Below, in pieces: positions 1 through 8,298 of a stretch of DNA of 64,000 nucleotides. The notes under the pieces are model-generated. The model ran no database searches. It had not been told where the DNA came from and was given only the letters and a program-made list of their open reading frames with translations. Numbering within the stretch: position 1 is the stretch's first letter; each line of letters begins with the position of its first letter. Source of the stretch: Robiginitomaculum sp. (GTDB lineage Bacteria; Pseudomonadota; Alphaproteobacteria; Caulobacterales; Maricaulaceae); the NCBI GenBank assembly GCA_021776635.1, contig JAJFFN010000038.1, positions 87,990 through 151,989 of the forward strand, read 5' to 3'. Made by a program: the position numbers and the translations under genes.

Positions 1-162
1 CGCTCTTGCGACCTTGCGTAGCAACGTAGCTGGCTAGAAATCAGAAGTGCACAAGAGGTGCGCCCCCCATCGAGCGCCAAGAGGCGCCCATTTCCCCCTG
101 GCCCCCTTGGAAGTCCCTTTTTAGGAAAAAATGGAGGAAGGAGACAATTAAATACTCAAAAT

Positions 163-193
163 CCGCTCACCCCTGTGTATGCAGGGGTCTATC
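163..193 (-). repeat. REP-like hairpin repeat, copy A (reverse orientation), CCCCTG-N6-CAGGGG core
   Basis: The reverse complement GATAGACCCCTGCATACACAGGGGTGAGCGG matches copy B (584-614) at 30 of 31 positions. Confidence 0.8.
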
Positions 194-246
194 TGGTGCT
201 GCATTTTGCCTCTTGCAGTCAGAACAAAAAAGTGTATGTTCTTTTA

Positions 247-588
247 ATGTTCTATACATACATTTGTACAAATAAACCACGTGGTACGCTTTATACGGGG
301 CATACCGATGATTTGTCCGCACGGATGGAACAGCATAAACAGAAAATATTCGACGGCTTCACGGCAAAATACGGCTGTGATAAACTGGTCTGGTTCAACC
401 CGTTTCCCAGTCGCAATACGGCTTATAAAAAAGAAAGGCAAATCAAGAAATGGAAACGGTCATATAAATTAAACGTCATTGAGTTGGAAAATCCGTATTG
501 GCTAGATATTCACGAGCAACCAGTTTGGCCGCCTGTGCAAGGGCATTTACCTGTTCCTCCTTCGTGTAATCTTGCACCCCGGCGATAG
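247..588 (+). CDS. Stand-alone GIY-YIG nuclease family protein (YhbQ/UPF0213-like)
   Basis: The N-terminus MFYTYICTNKPRGTLYTGHTDDLSARMEQHK fits the GIY-YIG motif pattern (YxY..G.LY.G.T.DL..R..EH). The ATG at 247 is preferred over the long upstream extension that runs through repeat A. GTG 232 is an alternative start. Confidence 0.75.
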   Translation: MFYTYICTNKPRGTLYTGHTDDLSARMEQHKQKIFDGFTAKYGCDKLVWFNPFPSRNTAYKKERQIKKWKRSYKLNVIELENPYWLDIHEQPVWPPVQGHLPVPPSCNLAPRR

Positions 589-614
589 ACCCCTGCATAC
601 ACAGGGGTGAGAGG
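584..614 (+). repeat. REP-like hairpin repeat, copy B
   Basis: Sequence is GATAGACCCCTGCATACACAGGGGTGAGAGG. It contains the TAG stop of the GIY-YIG ORF. Confidence 0.8.
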
Positions 615-656
615 TGTGGGGGTGTTTTTGGCCACTTACCGCCAATCCTAACCTTT

Positions 657-682
657 CCGCTCATACCTGCGCATGCAGGTAT
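657..682. repeat. Second palindromic repeat family (CCGCTCATnCCTGCG..GCAGG)
   Basis: CCGCTCATACCTGCGCATGCAGGTAT has a 6-bp stem ACCTGC/GCAGGT. A related copy, CCGCTCATTCCCTGCGACCGCAGGAA, lies at 63751-63776. Confidence 0.6.
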
Positions 683-717
683 CCATCGCAGGAGTTCGTG
701 TTTTCAAATAACTCAAG

Positions 718-748
718 GATAGACCCCTGTATGCACAGGGGTGAGCGG
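718..748 (+). repeat. REP-like hairpin repeat, copy C
   Basis: GATAGACCCCTGTATGCACAGGGGTGAGCGG matches copy B at 28 of 31 positions, in the same orientation. Confidence 0.75.
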
Positions 749-761
749 GTGTGTGATGGAT

Positions 762-1340
762 TTATGGTTTGAATTTGGCAGGTTCGTTCCAAGTATATGT
801 TTGCTCAGTGATTTCGTTTATAAAGTCAAACATTTTGTCTGGAGGGTTGAATTTTTCCGCCAGAGATTTGGAATGTTTTTTCATAAATTTTATCCCTTTT
901 TTTGTAAGGTGATAGTCTTGATGGTCACTTGCAACTAAAAACCCATGGAAAGTCCATTCAATCAAGCCTAAACTTTCAAGACGTTTAATTCGGGAGTTGT
1001 TAGTAAGTAACCCAGCCTTCTTCCCTGGTACCTAATGTAACAGCAACATAATTGCCTGCTCACTGTCTACCAACTCTTCAACCTTTGGAAGTTTTCCTAA
1101 ACTAAATTTGAAAATACGCTGTTTAGTTTTGAGAAATAAGGATAAGATCAATATGATAAGAGAAGCTAAGAAAACCAAGCGAATAATTTGCAACCAATCA
1201 CTAGGTAAAGTATCCAATTTAGCTAATTTCAGCATATTTTCTGGTAGGTAAGCAAGTAATGCTGTAAATAAAGATATTCCTATCAAAAAAGGAACTGGTG
1301 GTAAAATTTTACCTATGCGATCAAATAGTTTATTTTCCAT
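762..1340 (-). pseudogene. Membrane-anchored protein with C-terminal winged-helix-like segment, interrupted by one in-frame TAG (1032-1034)
   Basis: ORFs 1032..1340 and 762..965 are in the same frame. Hand translation across the junction gives ..AIMLLLH*VPGKKAGLLTNNSRIKRLESLGLIEWTF... The N-terminal part has 2 hydrophobic helices. RIKRLESLGLIE resembles a wHTH recognition/wing segment. The region is AT-rich. Confidence 0.5.
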
Positions 1341-1363
1341 ACTTTTTCTTTTTTTCCTATTCC

Positions 1364-2515
1364 TTAAATCACCTTAATATCCTTATGCGCTGCGTCCGGA
1401 TCGAAGTGTCCCTTAACGCCAGGGGCGGGGAGGTCTATCATGCGTTGTACTGCGAGCCTTGCCTTCTTCGCTATGCGTTTGGGGACTTTAACTTCGTGTT
1501 TTTCGTCGCGTAGGCATTCGTATATATTTTGAAGCGTGATGCGTTTCATGTGGGGGCATAGGTTACACGGGCGCACAAAGTCTACATCCGGGTTGGCCAT
1601 GGCGACATTATCGGACATGGAGCATTCAGTTAGGAGGACTACGTTTTTGGGTTTGTTGTCCGACACATAATCGGTCATGGCTTTCGTGGAGCCGGTAAAA
1701 TCGCTCTGACGCACCACATCCGGTGGGCATTCTGGATGGGCGAGCACCACAACACCCGGCCAGCGTTCGCGCATTTCGATAATATCATCGGCGTTAAACC
1801 GTGCATGAACCTCACAGCGCCCATGCCACGCAATAACCTCGACGCCCGTCATATTGGCGACATTTTTGGCTAAGTATTCGTCCGGTGCCATGATGACTTT
1901 CGGAACCCCCAAACTCTCGACCACTTGCACGGCGTTTGAGCTGGTGCAGCAAATGTCAGTTTCGGCTTTGACGTCGGCTGTGGTATTTACATAGGTGACG
2001 ACTGGAATTTTGGGGTATTTTTGCTTGATAAGTTTAACATCTTCGCCAGTTATAGAAGAGGCGAGGGAGCACCCGGCGCGCATGGACGGTATCAGGACTT
2101 TCTTGTCAGGGCACAGAATTTTGCTGGTCTCGGCCATGAAATGCACACCGGCTTGCACGATAATGTCGGCGTCTGTTTTGGTGGCTTCGATAGCAAGGCC
2201 CAAACTGTCGCCTTTGAAATCACCAACCAAAGCATAGATATCCGGTGTCATATAATTATGAGCGAGAACGACCGCGTTCTTTTCTTTTTTGAGCTTGTTT
2301 ATAGCGTGGACAAGCGGCGCATAGGCGGGCCATTCAAACTTTGGGATGAAGTCTTTGACCTCTTCGTACATGTGATCAACGGCAGATTTCACCTCGTCGG
2401 TATAAGCAAGTTCTCCGCTCTCAATTTTTTGGGGAAGGGCGCAAACACCGTTCTCGACCTCAAGCGTCTGTCCGATCCAGCGACCATTTTCCCAATTGTT
2501 CAAAGCTTCCGACAT
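1364..2515 (-). CDS. nadA: Quinolinate synthase NadA
   Basis: Motifs present: LAHNYM, VHFMAET, GCSLA, YVNT, CCTSSNA, AHPEC, TGST, LLTEC. Confidence 0.9.
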   Translation of the reverse strand: MSEALNNWENGRWIGQTLEVENGVCALPQKIESGELAYTDEVKSAVDHMYEEVKDFIPKFEWPAYAPLVHAINKLKKEKNAVVLAHNYMTPDIYALVGDFKGDSLGLAIEATKTDADIIVQAGVHFMAETSKILCPDKKVLIPSMRAGCSLASSITGEDVKLIKQKYPKIPVVTYVNTTADVKAETDICCTSSNAVQVVESLGVPKVIMAPDEYLAKNVANMTGVEVIAWHGRCEVHARFNADDIIEMRERWPGVVVLAHPECPPDVVRQSDFTGSTKAMTDYVSDNKPKNVVLLTECSMSDNVAMANPDVDFVRPCNLCPHMKRITLQNIYECLRDEKHEVKVPKRIAKKARLAVQRMIDLPAPGVKGHFDPDAAHKDIKVI

Positions 2516-2540
2516 TATGCTCTCCGTTATGTACCAATCC

Positions 2541-2627
2541 CGTAGGGTGGATTAGCCTCTTGGCGTAATCCACTATGCAGTGGAACTCTCAAGATGGAAT
2601 ACGCGCAAAAAACACTAATCCACCCTA
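2541..2627. repeat. REP-like composite built on the GGTGGATTA motif
   Basis: GTAGGGTGGATTAG (2541-2554) and CTAATCCACCCTAT (2614-2627) are inverted copies. There is also an inner hairpin GTGGATTAGCC-TCTT-GGCGTAATCCAC. Confidence 0.65.
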
Positions 2628-2672
2628 TAAACCACTTACTATATAAGGGTGGACGTCGGATTTCCAAAGCTA

Positions 2673-3029
2673 TTATTGCTGTTCAGTTTGATAATGTGGG
2701 TTCAAGTTGAGCTTTGCGTACAGATTGGGATTATTAAATAGAAATAATGCCAATAAACATGTCGAGAAACCAAAGAGTGATATTGTCGCAAACAACGCAA
2801 TTAATTTTTTTGACCTATTTTTTACGACGTAGCAATTGATAGCGCCGAAAACAAATGCCGGAAAGCCAAAGAAAGGTGCTGCGATGATAACGAAAAGTAA
2901 TTCCCCAGTACCATAGTGAAGATTGTCAACTGGCATTTGGTTGAAGAAAACGCCGGAAACCATCATTAGAGAAAGCAAGCCAAACACAACTGTAAGAGTG
3001 AAAAACAATTGTTGTAGCTTTCGTTTCAT
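2673..3029 (-). CDS. Hypothetical small membrane protein (about 4 TM)
   Basis: Four hydrophobic stretches and AT-rich coding sequence. No recognisable motif. Confidence 0.5.
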   Translation of the reverse strand: MKRKLQQLFFTLTVVFGLLSLMMVSGVFFNQMPVDNLHYGTGELLFVIIAAPFFGFPAFVFGAINCYVVKNRSKKLIALFATISLFGFSTCLLALFLFNNPNLYAKLNLNPHYQTEQQ

Positions 3030-3061
3030 ATGGCACTCTTAGAATTAATTTACTACGCAGG

Positions 3062-3640
3062 TTATGACAATTCTGTAAATCTTTGCAGGTATAGTTTTTT
3101 TGCGTCAACCACAGACAGAGGCGCGATTTTAATGCGGATATCGCCCGGCGGCTTGGTAAAGAACTCATTGGCTTCGTCGACCGTAAAGCCTGCTATTTGC
3201 ACGGCTTCAAAATACGCACAATATATGTCGCAAGTTTTGATAGCTTTTTTTAGCCGCTTGGAAGGATGTGGCGGCAGTCCAAACCGTAAATGCACGGCTT
3301 GTTCAATCCTATCTTCGAAGTCCGTATAGTCAATACCGAGCGCCGATTTGAAGGGTGATATCATATCACCGACCACATATTCCGCCGCGTCGTGCAACAA
3401 CGCCATAAGCTTGTCTTCGCGGGATGCGTTTGGATTAAGGATGGAAAATAATTTCTCGACCACAACAGAATGCTCGGCCACAGAAAACGCATGTGGCCCG
3501 CTAGTCTGCCCATTCCACCGCGCCACTCGTGCTAGTCCGTGGGCGATATCTTCGATTTCAATGTCAAACGGGCTAGGGTCAAGCAGGTCGAGCCTGCGAC
3601 CGGATAACATCCGTTGCCATGCGCGTGGAGTTGGAGTCAT
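3062..3640 (-). CDS. HD-domain phosphohydrolase (YfbR/5'-nucleotidase-like)
   Basis: HS...LLHDAAEYVVGDMISPFK provides the H..HD..D metal motif. The ATG at 3640 is preceded by an AGGAA RBS, whereas the longer ORF start at 3703 has none. Confidence 0.7.
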   Translation of the reverse strand: MTPTPRAWQRMLSGRRLDLLDPSPFDIEIEDIAHGLARVARWNGQTSGPHAFSVAEHSVVVEKLFSILNPNASREDKLMALLHDAAEYVVGDMISPFKSALGIDYTDFEDRIEQAVHLRFGLPPHPSKRLKKAIKTCDIYCAYFEAVQIAGFTVDEANEFFTKPPGDIRIKIAPLSVVDAKKLYLQRFTELS

Positions 3641-3778
3641 AGTGTTCCTGTTAATGACGACACGTAATGTATCGTTTTTCTTGACAATTGGATTTATTTT
3701 CAATATATTTCATTTAATCATTATGGAAAAGGTCACTGAAAGGGTTCGTCCTTAAGTGGCCTTTTCTTTTGTTTACTG

Positions 3779-4285
3779 CTATCTTTTCAATTTATGTATC
3801 ATATCGGACATAAAAGATACATTGCCCTGCGCGTCTCTTTTTAAGAAGCTGGAAGTTTGACTGACATTGGCGGGAGATAGCACCGCTTTGAATTTTCCCT
3901 TTCTTTGCCAATATTGAATGATGGGGTAAAAATCTCCATCTGCAGAGACCAAAAGGGCTTGATCATAATCATCTATTGTATCTATGGCATGAAGGGTTAA
4001 ATTGACATCTATATTCCCTTTGATGCTACCATCAGGTAATGTAGCAACATCTTTGAACTGCAAGATAAATCCTGCTTGTTGGATGATTGCGTATAAGTGT
4101 TGATTTCTTGGAACATATCCTATGAAATAAAATGCATCGGTCACGCCGTGCTTGTCTTTTAGATATATGCGTAATTTATTTAGGTCCAATTGCCAGCCCT
4201 GGGATTGAGTTGCTTGGAACACATTTTGGGCATCAATAAAAGCATGCACTCTTGCCCTTTTTGAATGATGTGACTTGCGTCGCAT
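3779..4285 (-). CDS. NYN-domain (LabA/DUF88-like) putative ribonuclease
   Basis: FIDAQNV...KGNIDVNLTLHAIDTI..ALLVSADGDFYPII matches the NYN/LabA acidic motif layout. The start codon directly abuts the upstream KAS III stop (TAGATG). Confidence 0.65.
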   Translation of the reverse strand: MRRKSHHSKRARVHAFIDAQNVFQATQSQGWQLDLNKLRIYLKDKHGVTDAFYFIGYVPRNQHLYAIIQQAGFILQFKDVATLPDGSIKGNIDVNLTLHAIDTIDDYDQALLVSADGDFYPIIQYWQRKGKFKAVLSPANVSQTSSFLKRDAQGNVSFMSDMIHKLKR

Positions 4286-5413
4286 CTAAGTCTTGCGTAC
4301 CACAACAACACCTGCGCTATAGCCTGCGCCGAAGGAACAGATTAACCCTGTGTCGCCAGCTTCAAAATCATCAGAGTGTTTATCAAATGCGATGATGGAG
4401 CCTGCGGAACTGGTATTGGCATATTCGTCCAAAACCACAGGTGCCATGTCCATGTCTACGTCTTTGCCCATGACTTTTTTGGCTATTAGCGTGTTCATGG
4501 ATAGATTGGCCTGGTGAAGCCACATGCGTTTAATTTGATTGGTAGATATGCCTGAGTTGTCGAGTTCTTCGGTAATAAGTGATGCCACTAAAGGCACTAC
4601 TTCCTTAAACACTTTTCTTCCATTTTGAATAAATAATTTGTCGTCATTACCGATACCTTCGGGTGCTGCATTGTTGAGAAAGCCGAAATTATTGCGAATA
4701 TTGTTGGAGAACTGTGTGGCGAGTTTCGAGCCAAGGATTTTCCATGCGCCTGCTGGCGCGATGCTATCGGCCTCAACAAGAATTGCAGTTGCCACATCGC
4801 CGAATATGAAATGGCTATCGCGGTCTTTGAAATTTAGATGCGCAGAACACATTTCGGGGTTACACACCAATACAGATTTGGCTTGTCCACCTGCGATGAG
4901 ACCCCGCGCAGTTTCGATGCCGAATGTTGCACTGGAGCAGGCGACATTCATATCAAAAGCAAAACCTCCAGTTTTTCCACCTGTGCCGAGCGCGTCTTGG
5001 ACTTCGATTGCTATGGCAGGGTAAGCGCGTTGCAAATTAGAGCAGGCAACAATGACGGCATCAATGTCTTCGGGTTGACGACCGGTTTTTGCAAGCGCAT
5101 CTTTGGCCGCCGCCACAGAAATTTCTGCTAAAATAGATATTTCGTCATTTGGACGTTCAGGGATGCGCGGCGCCATGATATCCGGGTTGAGAATTGGGGC
5201 TTTGGATATCACATAACGTGATTTGATACCCGACGCCTTTTCGACAAACTCAGCGGAAGAGAGGGGTTTGGCCTCTTTAGTTCCAGCCGCGATAGCATCG
5301 CTATGCTCTGCATTCCACTTGTTAGACCAAGCATTAAAGGCTACCACCAATTCTTCGTTGCTAATAGAATCTTTTGGCGTCCACAAACCTGTGGCACTAA
5401 TTACAGACGTCAT
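4286..5413 (-). CDS. Beta-ketoacyl-ACP synthase III family protein (long FabH-like form)
   Basis: Thiolase-fold KAS III motifs are present: MNVACSSATFG (active Cys), WLHQANLSMN (His), YANTSSAGS (Asn), SFGAGYS. Confidence 0.8.
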   Translation of the reverse strand: MTSVISATGLWTPKDSISNEELVVAFNAWSNKWNAEHSDAIAAGTKEAKPLSSAEFVEKASGIKSRYVISKAPILNPDIMAPRIPERPNDEISILAEISVAAAKDALAKTGRQPEDIDAVIVACSNLQRAYPAIAIEVQDALGTGGKTGGFAFDMNVACSSATFGIETARGLIAGGQAKSVLVCNPEMCSAHLNFKDRDSHFIFGDVATAILVEADSIAPAGAWKILGSKLATQFSNNIRNNFGFLNNAAPEGIGNDDKLFIQNGRKVFKEVVPLVASLITEELDNSGISTNQIKRMWLHQANLSMNTLIAKKVMGKDVDMDMAPVVLDEYANTSSAGSIIAFDKHSDDFEAGDTGLICSFGAGYSAGVVVVRKT

Positions 5414-5486
5414 GCTAGGTTCCCCATGTTTTTGTATCCGGTTCTTTTAACAGGAAACGCCCCCCGTTCCAGTCAAATATTTGTGT

Positions 5487-6074
5487 TTATTCGCAACAAT
5501 TTTTATAACAGTGACAATCTGTAGAATGGTCATTGACCATACCGACGGCTTGCATAAACGCATATATGATAACGGGGCCTACGAATTTGAAGCCGCGTTT
5601 TTTAAGGTCTTTGGCCATGGCAATGCTCTCTTTGCTCTCTACTGGCGCGTCTTTAAACTCAGCCCAACTATTTTTGATTTGTTTGCCGCCTACAAAACCC
5701 CAGAGATATTCTGAGAAATCAATATCTTCTTCGTCGCGCATTTTAATAAAGATTTGCGCGTTTGATATGGCGGCATTAATTTTAAGTTTCGAGCGGATAA
5801 TGCCCGCATTGTTCATCAGACGTTCGCGGTCTTTGTCGGTGTAATGGGCGATAATATCCGGGTCGAGGCCGTCGAATGCTTCTAGAATGTCTTCGCGTTT
5901 GCGCAATATAGTAATCCAAGCCAATCCGGCCTGCATGCCGTCTTGGATGAGTTTTGAAAACAGCGACTTGCTGTCTTTATTGGGGATGCCCCATTCCGTG
6001 TCGTGGTAATGACAATATAGCTCGTCGGTGGGTGGTACCCATCCGCATCTTGGGAGGTTAGGGTTATGGCTCAT
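5487..6074 (-). CDS. tag: DNA-3-methyladenine glycosylase I
   Basis: CGW...YHDTEWG.P..D...LF..L...MQAGLAW..IL.KR. The start at 6074 forms an ATGA overlap with the ygfZ stop. Confidence 0.85.
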   Translation of the reverse strand: MSHNPNLPRCGWVPPTDELYCHYHDTEWGIPNKDSKSLFSKLIQDGMQAGLAWITILRKREDILEAFDGLDPDIIAHYTDKDRERLMNNAGIIRSKLKINAAISNAQIFIKMRDEEDIDFSEYLWGFVGGKQIKNSWAEFKDAPVESKESIAMAKDLKKRGFKFVGPVIIYAFMQAVGMVNDHSTDCHCYKNCCE

Positions 6075-6874
6075 AATTTCGCTCCAGTATTTCGCTCCAG
6101 TATTTCGCAAACTATATCGTTAACCAACACAGCTTCATTTGCTGCTGCCAATCGGTCAAGTCGTACCAGAGCTATTCCACTATCATTTCTGATATGGAGA
6201 AGCGTACCAACCGTCCGTCCGCCAGATTTGAGCGAATCGCCTGCTTTGGCCGTCTTTTGTGCTGTATTTGACAATTTTACGGTGCGCATACGCTTGCGGA
6301 CTTCGGTCTTGCGGTGCATGCGCGAAACGACTTCTTGGCCGATGAAGCAGCCTTTTTTGTAGTCAACACCGTTTAAGATATCCATATTGGCATCGGCAGG
6401 GAACATCTGTTCAGTGCCAAAATCCCATGTACTGTCCGGGATGCCGAGGGCGAGGCGGTGCCAATCATAATCTTCGGGTGTTTGCTCTGGAGACAGGCTA
6501 TCTACTTTTGTGAGTAATCTTTGCCCGAGTTTTGGGTGGCGTGGGTCCGCCCGCCCGACTTCACCATGCCCATCCCACAATACATAAACATCAAAATTAT
6601 CGCTAATATCTTCAATATCTATATTGGCGCGCAATTTGTACATTTTAAGGCGCAAAGCCAAAATTTTGCCAAATTTTTCAGATGTTTCCAGCACAAAGCT
6701 ATCATCAACAAGATGATGAACAAAGAAATCTGCTATAATTTTACCTTGCGGCGTTAATAGAGCTGCAAAGGTCAAGTTGCTATTTAGAGAATTGGTAATC
6801 AGGCCGTTTAGAAACCCGTGAGCATCATCGCCCTTTAGGGAAAGTATGGTGCGGTCAAGACGACAAACAGGCAT
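6071..6874 (-). CDS. ygfZ: Folate-binding YgfZ family protein (GcvT-like)
   Basis: KGCFIGQEVVSRMH matches the YgfZ signature K-G-C-[YF]-x-G-Q-E. The N-terminal region is aminomethyltransferase-like. Confidence 0.8.
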   Translation of the reverse strand: MPVCRLDRTILSLKGDDAHGFLNGLITNSLNSNLTFAALLTPQGKIIADFFVHHLVDDSFVLETSEKFGKILALRLKMYKLRANIDIEDISDNFDVYVLWDGHGEVGRADPRHPKLGQRLLTKVDSLSPEQTPEDYDWHRLALGIPDSTWDFGTEQMFPADANMDILNGVDYKKGCFIGQEVVSRMHRKTEVRKRMRTVKLSNTAQKTAKAGDSLKSGGRTVGTLLHIRNDSGIALVRLDRLAAANEAVLVNDIVCEILERNTGAKL

Positions 6875-6880
6875 AATTGC

Positions 6881-7048
6881 CTACTTAATTTTACCTTCTT
6901 TGAAATCCACATGCTTGCGAACTACGGGGTCGTATTTTTTCTTGACCATTTTGTCAGTCATTGTACGCGCATTTTTTTTAGTAACATAGAAAAACCCGGT
7001 TCCAGCAGTGGAGTTTAGGCGGATTTTAACGGTGGTTGGCTTCGCCAT
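6881..7048 (-). CDS. rpmG: 50S ribosomal protein L33
   Basis: Hand translation gives [55 protein letters not shown] (55 aa). This is below the size cut-off of the supplied ORF track. Confidence 0.9.
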   Translation of the reverse strand: MAKPTTVKIRLNSTAGTGFFYVTKKNARTMTDKMVKKKYDPVVRKHVDFKEGKIK

Positions 7049-7107
7049 GATGTCGTCCTTAAGTATTGAAATCTGAAGCGCGGAACATACTTACGAATTT
7101 CCGGGTG

Positions 7108-8298
7108 TCAACGCCTAAAACGCCCTATGTTTAAACGCAGAGTTGCGACGACCAATCCTATCAATCCTAATCCTGCCATAGTCCACATAAATCCTTGTGG
7201 GCTATAGATATCCATCATTTTACCTGCAAGGGGTGGTATGATCAGTGAGCCAATACCGTAGGCGACAATAAATCCAGCGTTAGCTGCAGAAAGTTGATGC
7301 CCTTTAAAACGTTCGCCGAGTTGCACAAGGCCGACAGTATAAAGCGCAGTCGTCAGGCCGACATAAAAGAACGCCAATATAGCAAGTGCCCAAAAATTAC
7401 TACCCATTAAACTCATAGCAAGTGGGCCTATAAAGGCGACACTCATCAATATTACGGTCAAAAGTTTCCGGTTCATTTTATCGGCAAGTACACCCATAGG
7501 AAATTGGAACAATGCATTGCCCACAGCTGCGATCAACAACAAGACACGCGCAGCATGCTCAGTATGACCTAGTCTCGTATCATATACCGGTAGAAAATAA
7601 ATAATACTTTGCTCGATAGCACCAAAGACAACGGCGCATATCATAATCGTCGGCGCGGCAAGCATAATTTTAAACATCACACTAAACCGTGCATCTTCTT
7701 TCGTAGTCGGCTTAATGCTTTCGGCTCGCCTAAAGACGAAAAAAGGAATAACGGAGCAAAAATTTATGCTCGCACAAATAATAAATGGCCACCAACCATC
7801 TATTCCGGTAAGAACGGCTAGTCCACTTCCTATACCCATGCCGCCGGCAAGCGCAGCACCGTACAAACCCATAATACGTCCACGTAAATATTCAGGCGCA
7901 AGCTGATTTATCCAAATTTCTGAGATAACGAAAACAATGGTAAAAGCACAAGATGCTAAGAATTTTATGACAAACCAAGCTGCGGGGGACATGAAAATCT
8001 TTAGAGCAGGGATGGTTGCTGTCCCAAGGAGCAAGCAAGCTATGAGGACAGAGCGCGGGGCAAAAAGGCTCATCAATTTGGGCACAAATGGTGTTGCAAG
8101 AATGGTCGCAACTGCTGCGAGAGAAATGAGCCAGCCAAGAACTAGACCGGAAGCGGTCATGCGCTCTAGGTGTTGACTAATAAGAGGTGAAGATAGCCCC
8201 CAAGCCAAAGCAATAAGGCCGGTGCAAATAATCGCGGTGATAATGCCTTGTTTTTGCGGCCTTGTCATTTTTGTAGGTGTGGTCAGACTTCTGGTCAT
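7108..8298 (-). CDS. MFS transporter
   Basis: About 12 hydrophobic helices. The loop motif after TM2 is typical of the major facilitator superfamily. Confidence 0.7.
   Translation of the reverse strand: MTRSLTTPTKMTRPQKQGIITAIICTGLIALAWGLSSPLISQHLERMTASGLVLGWLISLAAVATILATPFVPKLMSLFAPRSVLIACLLLGTATIPALKIFMSPAAWFVIKFLASCAFTIVFVISEIWINQLAPEYLRGRIMGLYGAALAGGMGIGSGLAVLTGIDGWWPFIICASINFCSVIPFFVFRRAESIKPTTKEDARFSVMFKIMLAAPTIMICAVVFGAIEQSIIYFLPVYDTRLGHTEHAARVLLLIAAVGNALFQFPMGVLADKMNRKLLTVILMSVAFIGPLAMSLMGSNFWALAILAFFYVGLTTALYTVGLVQLGERFKGHQLSAANAGFIVAYGIGSLIIPPLAGKMMDIYSPQGFMWTMAGLGLIGLVVATLRLNIGRFRR

Noticed and set aside
58-246. Long N-terminal extension of the GIY-YIG ORF (the track lists 58..588, 176 aa)
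   Set aside because: The extension is Pro/Gly/Arg-rich, low-complexity sequence translated through the REP-like hairpin. The GIY-YIG domain starts right at Met64 (ATG 247).
2021-2545. 174-aa plus-strand ORF
   Set aside because: It is antisense to nadA.
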